This document shows positions 44,972 to 54,418 of a stretch of 64,000 nucleotides of DNA, piece by piece; position 1 is the stretch's first letter; every line of letters begins with the position of its first letter. The position numbers were made by a program, and so were the translations under genes. Source of the stretch: Andalucia godoyi And28 (Eukaryota > Protista > Jakobida); the NCBI GenBank assembly GCA_009859145.1, contig VRVR01000001.1, positions 371,393 to 435,392 of the forward strand, read 5' to 3'. The notes beneath the pieces were generated by a model. That model saw only the letters and a list, made by a program, of their open reading frames with translations, had not been told where the DNA came from and did not search any database.

Positions 44972-45300
44972 GAAATGGCTATTTTGCAAGGAGCAACCCT
45001 TCCAAATTCAAAGAACAATTAATTTTTTTTTTAAAAATAAAAAAAAGAGTTATAATGAAGCACACACTTTCGTAATAAAACAAAACAAATACTAAAGCCA
45101 AAAACAAAATAAAACAATTCAGGGGTGAATTTAATTGGAAAAAAAAACCCGGAATGAAGGAGACTGAACACGCCACGAAGCTGGGGCTCGCCGCTTGCGA
45201 AACGAGTTCGTTTCTCAATCGTCTTTGTGTACAGCAGATGAACGGAAAAGGCGTTTTTGCTGAAGATGTGATCAAATGCTTGTAATTTAAAAAAAAACAT

Positions 45301-46440
45301 CTAGTACATGTAGCAAAACCGATGGCCGTCGTTGGAGTTGTTGAACTTCAGATTATACAGTTCGTAGATCCTAGTGTAGTTGGCGTGTGTAGCATTGAGG
45401 TTCTGCAGCGGAAGGATTGCAGAATCAAGCGGTCGGCTGGTATATACGAACCTGTCAACGTCGTCGTCGTACAATCCAAACAATCGAAGAATCGTCGAAT
45501 ACGCATCCTGATTATAGACAATCGGTTCAGCCAGCGTGAAATTTCTTGGGAACAGGGACGCGTTATTGCTCCACATTACGTACGGGACGTTTAGAACACG
45601 GGTAGAAGTTGGATCGTCGTGATTGGTGCCCGTACCTCCGTGATCCGAAGTAAGAATCACAACGCCAGTTTTGTTCGCTGCATTCATACTCCGATTAAAC
45701 ACGTCGACTAGCTGCCCCACGTAACCATCGATGACTTGCACATAGCGATTAAAGCTGTCTGAAAACCAGTCATCGTCGTGGCCCGTCGCATCCAGCTCGT
45801 CAAAGTGAACAAACGTCAAGTATCCTGGAACAGTACTCGTAGCTAGGAGAGACTGCATGCTTTCTAGAAAGTCCCGAGCTCCATGAAACGTCGAGTTGTC
45901 GTTCTGCGGACACAGCATTATCATCCAGCTGAGGTCATGGATGACGTTCGTTTCGTTGGGATTGAACGACAGCCACCGACGGATGTCGCACCACGTGTAG
46001 AATGCAGACATTGTGTGATTTGGAAGACTGCTGTGCACTCGATTAAACAGTGTCGAACCTTGGTTTCGAAAGGATGCTGGCTGAACTTCTGATGCTGGAT
46101 TGCTTACAAAACCAGCAACCGTAGGAGACATTCCCGTTAGCATTGCAGACCAGTTTGGAGACGAGACTGTGGGGGCTGAGGTGCGTGAACAGTATGCATA
46201 CACGCCCTCGTCCATCAGCAATTGGAAATTTGGAACCGGATACTGATCTCCAACAATTGGATTGGGATTATCGACGGACAGGGCAGGTAGTCCATCCACA
46301 CCGATGAACAAAACCGAGTCAACAAGTTTTGGCGTGGGTTCTGCGCTTGCGTAGCTCATCAGCGAAAAGAAAATCATGAGGAACGAGAGAAACAGAAAGA
46401 GGTTTTCGACGATCAGCAACTTCTGCAGAAGCGGATGCAT
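45301..46440 (-). CDS. Alkaline-phosphatase superfamily (type I phosphodiesterase/nucleotide pyrophosphatase-like), N-terminal signal/anchor
   Basis: VLFIGVDGL, PTVSSPNWSAMLTG, FVHFDELDATGH, VILTSDHGG, NQDAYSTILRLFGL. Many NxS/T sequons. Confidence 0.85.
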   Translation of the reverse strand: MHPLLQKLLIVENLFLFLSFLMIFFSLMSYASAEPTPKLVDSVLFIGVDGLPALSVDNPNPIVGDQYPVPNFQLLMDEGVYAYCSRTSAPTVSSPNWSAMLTGMSPTVAGFVSNPASEVQPASFRNQGSTLFNRVHSSLPNHTMSAFYTWCDIRRWLSFNPNETNVIHDLSWMIMLCPQNDNSTFHGARDFLESMQSLLATSTVPGYLTFVHFDELDATGHDDDWFSDSFNRYVQVIDGYVGQLVDVFNRSMNAANKTGVVILTSDHGGTGTNHDDPTSTRVLNVPYVMWSNNASLFPRNFTLAEPIVYNQDAYSTILRLFGLYDDDVDRFVYTSRPLDSAILPLQNLNATHANYTRIYELYNLKFNNSNDGHRFCYMY

Positions 46441-46737
46441 CCTGGAAACGACGATTCTTAAAAGAAAAACAAACAAACAGCAAGTATGCCACTAGCACCG
46501 CTGCCACGAAAAAGAAGAACAGGAGAAAAAAAATTTCGCCAAACAACATAAACGATGCTTCATTGCTTTTTTTTTTTTAATAAAAAAATTGTTCATTGTT
46601 AATACATTGTGCTGCCGCTTTCCCGCAATGGAGAGTTCACTCGACACGTCCACCCGCAGTGTTATAGAAAGGAACGGAGAACATAGCCGTTTGATTTGCC
46701 GCAAATGCCTCCTGCAGATGTGCAGATCACTTCATTT

Positions 46738-47563
46738 TCAGAGATGGAAGCTTTGCGGGACGGAAATCAAAAATCCTTGCCTTTCCAGAAATGAATCGTC
46801 AACACCAGCACATACTATAACATCGGCTTTCGTATAACCACCTAGCACGACTGGAAGACTGCTGTGAATTTCATCAGATAGTATAGCTGAGTTGACAGCC
46901 GTCGACATTGCTGTTGAATGAAAGGATGAAAACCTGCAGATTGCTGCTACCGGTTGTGGTTGTTGTTGATGTTGCGGCGGCGTAGTGTGCAGGTCGAGGC
47001 CCAATGAGACACTGTCGAATACGGACAACCGATTCCTTGTAATCGATGATTCCTCCGCCGCGGTCTCTCTCTGCGTGTGTGTGGGTGTGACGCACAACAT
47101 TGCCAATCAACAGAATGAATACAATATCCGCTCGATTGAAAACAGCGAATGAAAGATCGAGAGAGAATCAACAAGTTGATAAATTGCGGAATGGCAATAA
47201 AAGAATCTCGCTGAAATCCCTAGTTCTTTCCTTGTTCCCAAGGTCCAGACGGTTTCTAACGAATGCACTCATTGATCCATTCGAGAGCTCTGAACGAAAT
47301 GCAGGTTGTTTCTGGTTTGGGGTGCGCAGACCCACGGATGTCCACTCAAAGGGGAACTTCATGCTGAAGCGGATTTATAAAGTCCCTCTACGCCAAATAA
47401 CCTGTCTGAGGCGCAGCATGCGAGCCAAATGCTTGGAGAGAATTAAGTTGGAGGGTCGTGCTTGACGTGTCCTCGAAATTACTGTTTCGGCATACGAGAA
47501 CTCCGCATTGAAGCATCTCCGCTGCGCCTCCTTGCATCGAAGCGAACGGCAGAAGAAGTGCAC
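46738..47563 (-). pseudogene. Decayed TLDc-domain (possibly BTB-TLDc) gene fragment, containing repeat copy B
   Basis: SFNSNVDGCQLSYTI* / ..PVVLGGYTKAD..FLISV resembles the TLDc pattern FH..CD....TL.II...IFGGYT...FLFSL. The upstream frame is interrupted by stops. BTB similarity is weak. Confidence 0.5.
46847..47456. repeat. ~600-bp direct repeat, copy B (copy A at 9753-10346)
   Basis: Direct sequence match to 9753-10346. Confidence 0.95.
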
Positions 47564-48088
47564 GTGCCTCTGCAGTCGAATGCATGCACGGGTCGCTGCT
47601 CACTTTGGAGCCTCTTTTCATTTATGGCCGACGCTCTGTATATGCATGCTTGTTGCTCCTCCTCACACGCACAGCCCACAGTCCAAGATCGGAAAAATTC
47701 CCCGATTTGAATTCCTGAAAAGCAACGACTCCTTTTCCGTCAGTTTGGATGTCTCTCAAAAAAATAACAACGAAAGAAAAAAGATAGCAAAACCCAACCA
47801 TTCTGAATTGGTTTTCTGGTTTTCTGGTTTTCTTTAATTGAATAAATCACTGATCAATATAGTCCATATCTTAACCATCCAAATTTGTGACATTGTAATT
47901 AGTCCGCGGCGTCAGTCTTGATTCGAGAGGACCGGTCTTTTGTACATAGCTGTTTATTGATCCGTTGTGTCTTTGTGTCTGATTTGTTTTCACGGTCTGT
48001 TCTACGCACTGGTACTTTGATTGTTTGAAATTGTACCACTATCATCCTCATTGTCATTAGCATCACTGTTATTGCTGTTGCTATTTCA

Positions 48089-48090
<2 letters not shown>

Positions 48091-48151
<61 letters not shown>
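48091..48151. repeat. (CT)15(CA)n compound microsatellite abutting a start codon
   Basis: Read directly; ATG follows at 48152. Confidence 0.9.
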
Positions 48152-50821
48152 ATGATTCGAGCTCCGAGTGCGTCCACCGAAAGATCACAGTCGGCGTCGG
48201 TAAACCATCGAATTTCGGCGTCCAGAACATCTCGTCCGACTACTGCTAATCGATCTGTGAGCCGATCTCGTCCGACTACTGCGCGCTCGACTGCCGACTC
48301 CAATGCATTTATGCGACCGTTTTCCGCCAAATCCATTGCGCATAGCACAATTTCGTTTGGGTCAAGCTCACCTTCGCGGCCATTCAGTGCTCTCGGGAAA
48401 ATCGATACACATGCTTTGGAGTCTGCGCATCATATTGGTGACTTTGTGCGACTGATCCACCCGTTTCCAGCTCTCACAGGGACGCAAATTTTGCCGTCCG
48501 CCACGATGAGCCCTATTGCAAATTTGCATGTGTCTCCGCGGGTAGTTCGCATGGCCAATCTCGAGTGTTTTGGACAAATCACGGACATTCGGGACGAGTT
48601 TGAGAGTAATAGTAATACCAGAGGTAGGAATAGTAGTATTGCTGTCATGCCCCGGAGCGGGAGTTTTGGATTGACTGCGAAGAGCGGGGGACCGAACCGG
48701 TCTGCCAGTCCCGGAAGCAAGACCAAAGTTGAAAAGAATGAGGTGATTCTTTGTGTGAGGATTTGGAAAGCCGGCGAGGAGTATTTGTTGGACCGACCGT
48801 TGGTTGAGAGGCGGATTGGCAAACTGCGGCTGAGAGCAGGAGCGGATTCTCTTCATTCTTCATACATTCAGAATCCGTACTATCGTCAGGATCTGTCCGA
48901 AGATTCCGTGATTACAGTGCCGGCGCCGGTGTTTCACAAACAAGTGCGGAGAGAGTGGGAACGAAAATTGGCTTTGAAAGGATCGACTACCTCCATTACA
49001 TCTACTGAAGAGGCACTGCAGTCAAGCGTCAACTCCATCATCTCGCTTTCCATGAAGAAAAAGAAGAAGAGGAGGGACGGCTCCAATCCGTCGTCGAACC
49101 TGGTTTCACCGAGACCTACAAGCCCAACCATGGTTCGTCCAACTGCGCTGTCCAAACTCATGAACGACTCCTTTGGTTCCGTGGACCGGGCAATCGCCTT
49201 GCGGCTCAGAGAAATGAACCGAAATATGAGAACTGATGTGCTTGCGGTCTATGGACCGAGAATGGGATCGGTGATTGAAGAGACTGCTGTTGTGACGCGT
49301 GTTTTTGCTGGAAACTTTTTTGAACTGGAAACACCGTATGGCGCTGTTCTGGCCAAGCTATTCGGTATTGAAACACCTCGTGTGTGCGCATTTCATCTGT
49401 TGTTGAAGAGATTCCGAGAATCGAAGCTGGATGATCCTGCTTTACTGGTCAGCGCTGATTCTAAAATACTTACTGTCGGAAGCAGCTTTCGGAGAACAAA
49501 CAGCAGATCACGAGATGATGGGGATGATGCGAAATCCGCTCCGTCTCCGTCCTCCGGACGTCGACAGGCCTCAACAGCTTCCAAAAGTCTATTTAACCGA
49601 CTCAGACCGTCGCTGGCTGCGGTCACTGCATTTGCGAGAATGCTGGCGAAACACCGAGCAAAGCAATTGGAAATCAATGCGTGGAGCGCTCGGGACTTCC
49701 TGGCACATCTTATTGAAGGTCAGGAAATCCTGTATCGCATTCGGCTACTGCATAGCTCATACATCTCCGTTGATGTGCACGTTGGATACGACTGGGCGCA
49801 ATCCGCATTGCTTAAGAACGGTGTTGGATGGGTCGACAAGGCAGAGGTGAAGCTGAGCAAAGAGTGCTCGCCCGAGTTTATTCCGCAAGGAAAGATCTCT
49901 GCGATGGACAAATCTCGACTTGCCCAACTCGAGACCTTGGAGCAGGTGGCTAAAGACGGAGAGTGTGGTGTCTGGTCAGGTGCGTCTGTTCGCATGGCCT
50001 ACTTTCAACCACGCAAGCCTGCCGAAGTCAGACGAGAATCGACAACTGTGGCTGCTGTGGATAGTCCTTCCGACGCGGTGGCTTCTGCTGCTCCAAAAGC
50101 TTCCAAGTGGAGGCCTGCCATTATCACGACTCGCTTCCTGATTCGCCAGAATGAGGCGGCAAAGCCCAATGAAGAGAAGCAGAAATCCAAGAATGTCGCC
50201 TCTCTCGTCCCTCCGCTTCCCAATGCTGCAGGCATCAAAAACGTGTATGATCTGATTATGGAACTGCGGGCACTGTCTTCGGTCACCGAGGCAACTTCTC
50301 CTCCGCGAACCCGGATCTCAACTTCTCGTTCTCGGTCTTCAGGGAGAACCGAAAGTTTCGACCGTGGCGCCGCTGGCATTCCCAACCCGAGCACCTCCCC
50401 TACAGCCACGGTTCCTACTGGTGCTGCCCCTAGCACTTCTTCTTCTTCTTCTTCTTCTTCTTCCTACCCGCCGCCATCCAGTCGGCAGCCACTCACGAAT
50501 GGCCGTCCACAGGCAGACGGATCGCACCCTGCTGCACATGGCGATGAAGATGAAGACGACGGATACGTACAAGAACATCTTCCTGTTAGTGCAAACATGT
50601 TGTTTCCAGATGATGAAGTGGATGATAAGCCATCCAAAATCAGCATGGTATACCAGCGATCACAGCATCTTCGTAAGCCGACGTTTGGGCTTTCCGCTCC
50701 TTTCGATTCGCCGGTGTCTCCATCTGCGTCCAAAGCACCTTCTCCGACTAACTATGAGGACTTCCATCAGCACCGAAAATCCTTTTCTCCGGGTTTGAAC
50801 GTGGATTCATCATCCGGATGA
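48152..50821 (+). CDS. Ser/Pro-rich protein with a degenerate staphylococcal-nuclease (SNase/TNase)-like domain
   Basis: 889-aa ORF. VVTRVFAGNFFEL..AKLFGIETP...SARDFLAHLIEGQEI...AQSALLKNGVGWV...LEQVAKDGECGVWSG follows the SNase pattern. N-terminal RPTTA motifs. Confidence 0.65.
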   Translation: MIRAPSASTERSQSASVNHRISASRTSRPTTANRSVSRSRPTTARSTADSNAFMRPFSAKSIAHSTISFGSSSPSRPFSALGKIDTHALESAHHIGDFVRLIHPFPALTGTQILPSATMSPIANLHVSPRVVRMANLECFGQITDIRDEFESNSNTRGRNSSIAVMPRSGSFGLTAKSGGPNRSASPGSKTKVEKNEVILCVRIWKAGEEYLLDRPLVERRIGKLRLRAGADSLHSSYIQNPYYRQDLSEDSVITVPAPVFHKQVRREWERKLALKGSTTSITSTEEALQSSVNSIISLSMKKKKKRRDGSNPSSNLVSPRPTSPTMVRPTALSKLMNDSFGSVDRAIALRLREMNRNMRTDVLAVYGPRMGSVIEETAVVTRVFAGNFFELETPYGAVLAKLFGIETPRVCAFHLLLKRFRESKLDDPALLVSADSKILTVGSSFRRTNSRSRDDGDDAKSAPSPSSGRRQASTASKSLFNRLRPSLAAVTAFARMLAKHRAKQLEINAWSARDFLAHLIEGQEILYRIRLLHSSYISVDVHVGYDWAQSALLKNGVGWVDKAEVKLSKECSPEFIPQGKISAMDKSRLAQLETLEQVAKDGECGVWSGASVRMAYFQPRKPAEVRRESTTVAAVDSPSDAVASAAPKASKWRPAIITTRFLIRQNEAAKPNEEKQKSKNVASLVPPLPNAAGIKNVYDLIMELRALSSVTEATSPPRTRISTSRSRSSGRTESFDRGAAGIPNPSTSPTATVPTGAAPSTSSSSSSSSSYPPPSSRQPLTNGRPQADGSHPAAHGDEDEDDGYVQEHLPVSANMLFPDDEVDDKPSKISMVYQRSQHLRKPTFGLSAPFDSPVSPSASKAPSPTNYEDFHQHRKSFSPGLNVDSSSG

Positions 50822-51077
50822 ACGACCGCATAAGCATCGTTTTTGCTTGTTTCTTTTCTCCGCGCCATCTTTTTTGTTTTGTTGCCAGGCTTTTACAAGT
50901 AATACATCAAATTGTTTGGTTGGATTCAGATGACAACAGTCACGAAACTCGATGACGAAAAGAATTAAAAAAGGATTTGACAATCTAATACACAAACACA
51001 CAAAACAAAACAAAACGAACAAACAAGCCAGGCCAAAACAAAAAAAAAACACCCTGGAAATACGGGGGAAAAGGTCA

Positions 51078-53513
51078 CTACTCTGTGGCTCGAAGGTCGG
51101 TCATAAGGTCATACGCATCCATGACAGATCCCGAATGCACGCTTCCGTCAACCATGGAAAGGGCGATGTGGTCTGAGCGCGGGGAAAACACATCGGTCAC
51201 TCGACCTGACCCAAAGGCAGCAGATCCTCGCGTTCGATCGAGAGAGGACATGGAGTAGCCCTTGACGAGTTCTCGTTTGGAATTCGGGGACCGATTGTGA
51301 GATCGAATAATGGGGGATCGGCTGGCACTTTCGGGAGATCGACTTGAAATAAGAGCTTCGGCAGACTGCGCTGCCCACAGCGCCGCATTTCGGCCTTGTG
51401 AGACTCCGATTTGAGACGCAAGAGCCCGAATCTTGAGCACTTCCTCCCGGAGTTCCAGAATCTCATCAACACGCCCAAGCATGGAGTTGACGTTCTCGTC
51501 ACACATGTCAATGGCTTCCTCGCAGAACGTGGCGTACGAACAAGACGACATGGAGCGTGATGACTTGCCGATATTGGAAACCGATGCAAAGAAGCTGTCC
51601 AGTGCAACACTCGCATTTTGACTCGCATTCGCATTCCCAATGGCGGTCATTTCCGCACTTTGCTCAACTAGCGAATCGCGTTCTCGCTGTTCAACCAGCG
51701 CCTTGATGCTCATCGCAGGCGCGTTAGAATCGCCCGGAAGTTGTGCTAGTCCTCGAACCAATTCCTTCCATTTTTGCGCTTCCAGAAGCGCATGATGTGC
51801 AATTGCCAACAGCAGTTCTGCATCCATTACTCCGCCTGCAAAATTGCGAAGCAACTTCCGCGCCAAGTCCACTTGGTTGGCCATCAATGCTACCGCCGCA
51901 ACTTCCTTGTTTTCAGCATCTCGTATCGTGGTGTCAGCACCGAGATTCAGCAGCTGATCCACCAGTTCTAACTGCTGGTACTTCACAGCGAAATGCAGTG
52001 CCGTTCGTCCACGGTTGTCTTGCGCGTTAATTATACTCGCCCATTCCTCTGTTTTGCAGTCGGAAAACAACGACTTCATTAACGGCAAGATCACAACGCG
52101 CAGCAACTCAAACTGCCGACCTCTGAACGCTGCGTGCAGTAAGAGCGGCTGTTCAAGCCATGAGTTCCGCAAAATTGCACGACCTTTTTGAGCTGCACCA
52201 AGAGTGTCGAACAACGAGACCATTCCGTACTCTGCGGCAACCAGGAATTCATCCTCAATTTTGCACTTCGGGTGTGCAGCAACCTTTGCAGCCATTGTTT
52301 CGAGAAACGTTTCCACTTCGCCAAAGTTCACGTTATCACCCAGGCACTCATTCAGGGTGTCGACAGCACTCTCACGGAGAGCAGTGAGCTCGCGACTCCG
52401 GAACAAGCCGCGTAGTTCCTTGAACCGCTGCATGATACATCCAAGTAGCGTCTGATGATCCAAATTCAAATGCTGCACCAAGGACGAGCAATTTTGCAGG
52501 AGAATGTCCACCATCGCTCCGAGTGTTGACAAGTTTGGGGTTTCAAAGCTTACGTCCAAGAACAGCTGATGCAGGATGGAGTTGTCCGAGCCGTCCGAAC
52601 AGCGGTAGGAATCCAGGAAACCAAGCGCTGAGTGCAGTTTCTGTTGGAGCGTAAACAATAGGAACTCAATGACGATTCCAGTGCGTCCATGCTTGAGTGC
52701 GATTTGAAATGCAGATTGCTGGTCCTTGTTTAGCACAACAAAGCACTGCTGCATTATGATATCATACCCATTCGAATTCAGTGACGAAAGATAAGCCAGC
52801 AGCGAGTCGCTCTTGGATCTTGCGTACCAATGCAGAATCGAGTTTCCGTCCTCATCGGCCCACTCCAACGCACAACGGAACCCATCCTGTGCCACCCAAT
52901 GTTTCAGCAAAAGTTGTGTGGCCCCCGACGACTTTGCAAGCAGTGACCAAACGACAGCGCTTAGTTCTCTTCGACGCAAGCCATCCTTTCCAAAGGATTC
53001 CAGGTGCTTCGGAGGCCGCACTGTGCATTTTGCCCTGGTAATCAAGAATTCGATCGCCAAGCACGAATTCCACTGTGCAGCAACATCTAGCATCGACGAT
53101 CCATCGGAGGACACCTTGTAAACATCATCCATACTCGGGTTGCAAGCGGAAATGAGATCCGCATTGAGCGCACACTGCTGTTCCTCCGCGTGAAGCCGGG
53201 ATATTTTCAGTGCGTTTCGCGACTCGTGGTGCTTGAACAAGTACTCCAGAAGAGGAATATGGTCGACAATCGCGGCAACATGTGCAATGGTCAGCTGAAT
53301 GGTACTGTTACTACCACCGCCACTGCTGTTGCTGATGGCGACATTGTCGTCCGTTGCAAAAGACGGTCCATAGCGAAGTTGGGCCAAATCCGCGTACTTT
53401 GCAAGAAAAGGAACATGCAGGAAAGGCGATGCCCGATCCAGACACGAGAAGTCCCCAGACTCGACGCATCTGCGGACCATCACCAGGCTTGGCAATCGGA
53501 TATCTGCCATCAT
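51078..53513 (-). CDS. Ankyrin-repeat protein of unknown function
   Basis: DNRGRTALHFAVKYQQLELVDQLLNLGADTTIRD, DEDGNSILHW, KDQQSAFQIALKHG. First ATG is at 53513. Confidence 0.8.
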   Translation of the reverse strand: MMADIRLPSLVMVRRCVESGDFSCLDRASPFLHVPFLAKYADLAQLRYGPSFATDDNVAISNSSGGGSNSTIQLTIAHVAAIVDHIPLLEYLFKHHESRNALKISRLHAEEQQCALNADLISACNPSMDDVYKVSSDGSSMLDVAAQWNSCLAIEFLITRAKCTVRPPKHLESFGKDGLRRRELSAVVWSLLAKSSGATQLLLKHWVAQDGFRCALEWADEDGNSILHWYARSKSDSLLAYLSSLNSNGYDIIMQQCFVVLNKDQQSAFQIALKHGRTGIVIEFLLFTLQQKLHSALGFLDSYRCSDGSDNSILHQLFLDVSFETPNLSTLGAMVDILLQNCSSLVQHLNLDHQTLLGCIMQRFKELRGLFRSRELTALRESAVDTLNECLGDNVNFGEVETFLETMAAKVAAHPKCKIEDEFLVAAEYGMVSLFDTLGAAQKGRAILRNSWLEQPLLLHAAFRGRQFELLRVVILPLMKSLFSDCKTEEWASIINAQDNRGRTALHFAVKYQQLELVDQLLNLGADTTIRDAENKEVAAVALMANQVDLARKLLRNFAGGVMDAELLLAIAHHALLEAQKWKELVRGLAQLPGDSNAPAMSIKALVEQRERDSLVEQSAEMTAIGNANASQNASVALDSFFASVSNIGKSSRSMSSCSYATFCEEAIDMCDENVNSMLGRVDEILELREEVLKIRALASQIGVSQGRNAALWAAQSAEALISSRSPESASRSPIIRSHNRSPNSKRELVKGYSMSSLDRTRGSAAFGSGRVTDVFSPRSDHIALSMVDGSVHSGSVMDAYDLMTDLRATE

Positions 53514-53578
53514 GTACGCACTCTTTATCCAACGCAATCAACCAAGACGCCACCCCACCTCCAAAACAGCAATTACAA

Positions 53579-53609
<31 letters not shown>

Positions 53610-54332
53610 GTGCAAAATAGCCAACTATTCCTAGTCTATTAACAGCGCAGTCGAAATAAGAAGAAACGAAAAGAAAAGACCAAAAACGAAGCCAAAAATG
53701 CAGGAAGAAAAGATGGAGACTGCTTTTGTGTATCGACATTGAAATATCAAACAACATGATTTTTCTTACCGTAATCAAGTCCAATATATCTTCATTCCTC
53801 ACTTTTTATTCTCTCTATTATTTTCTGTTTGTTTTATCTATCGAATCCTCAAGCAGCACCTTTCATCAGAGACAAAACATCTCATGGCTCCAAAGAGGGA
53901 TCTTCCCAATAACCTCACATCGGCCATGCCCGAAGATATCGAGAACCAAGAAACCTGTTGATTCCCCTCTCGTCGGAGGCGGAGAGCAAGGAGAAGCGAT
54001 GACCCTTTAATGTAAAACAATCTGCATTGAAGAATTGGTGCTCTCCCCAAATTGGATCTGTTTTCGGTGACAGCTTAGCCCGATGATCTATAATGATTCA
54101 TGTTTTGGCGAGCGGAGACACGGACCTTCGACGAATTGTAAAAACTTTAACAGAATTCGGAAATTGTATTCGAGCAGGCGCCAAAATTGAATAAACCTTG
54201 ATGCTTGATGCTTGGACACAACAACTGCGATTCGCTTCTTTCGTTCGTCGTTCGTCTGTTTTGATGTTGTGATTTCTTTATGGACAGTTGGAAAGTTAGG
54301 TAATTTAGACATCTTCCGGCCGATCCCCTTTT

Positions 54333-54393
54333 GTGTGTGTGAGTGTGTGAGTGTGTGAGTGTGTGAGTGTGTGAGTGTGTGAGTGTGTGAGTG
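54333..54393. repeat. (GTGTGTGA)n tandem repeat in the 5' region of the nucleoredoxin gene
   Basis: About 7 tandem 8-mers ending ~25 nt before ATG 54419. Confidence 0.9.
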
Positions 54394-54418
54394 CGTGGTT
54401 CTGCGAGGTCGATAAGAG

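Noticed and set aside
45031-45310. Possible 3' intron extending the phosphodiesterase C-terminus (GTACTAG...TTCAG)
   Set aside because: The donor is weak, the enzyme domain is already complete, and the extension runs into T-rich UTR-like sequence; it cannot be supported without RNA data.
53880-54330. Short protein-like frames between the ankyrin and nucleoredoxin genes
   Set aside because: Multiple stops in all frames and no recognisable motif.
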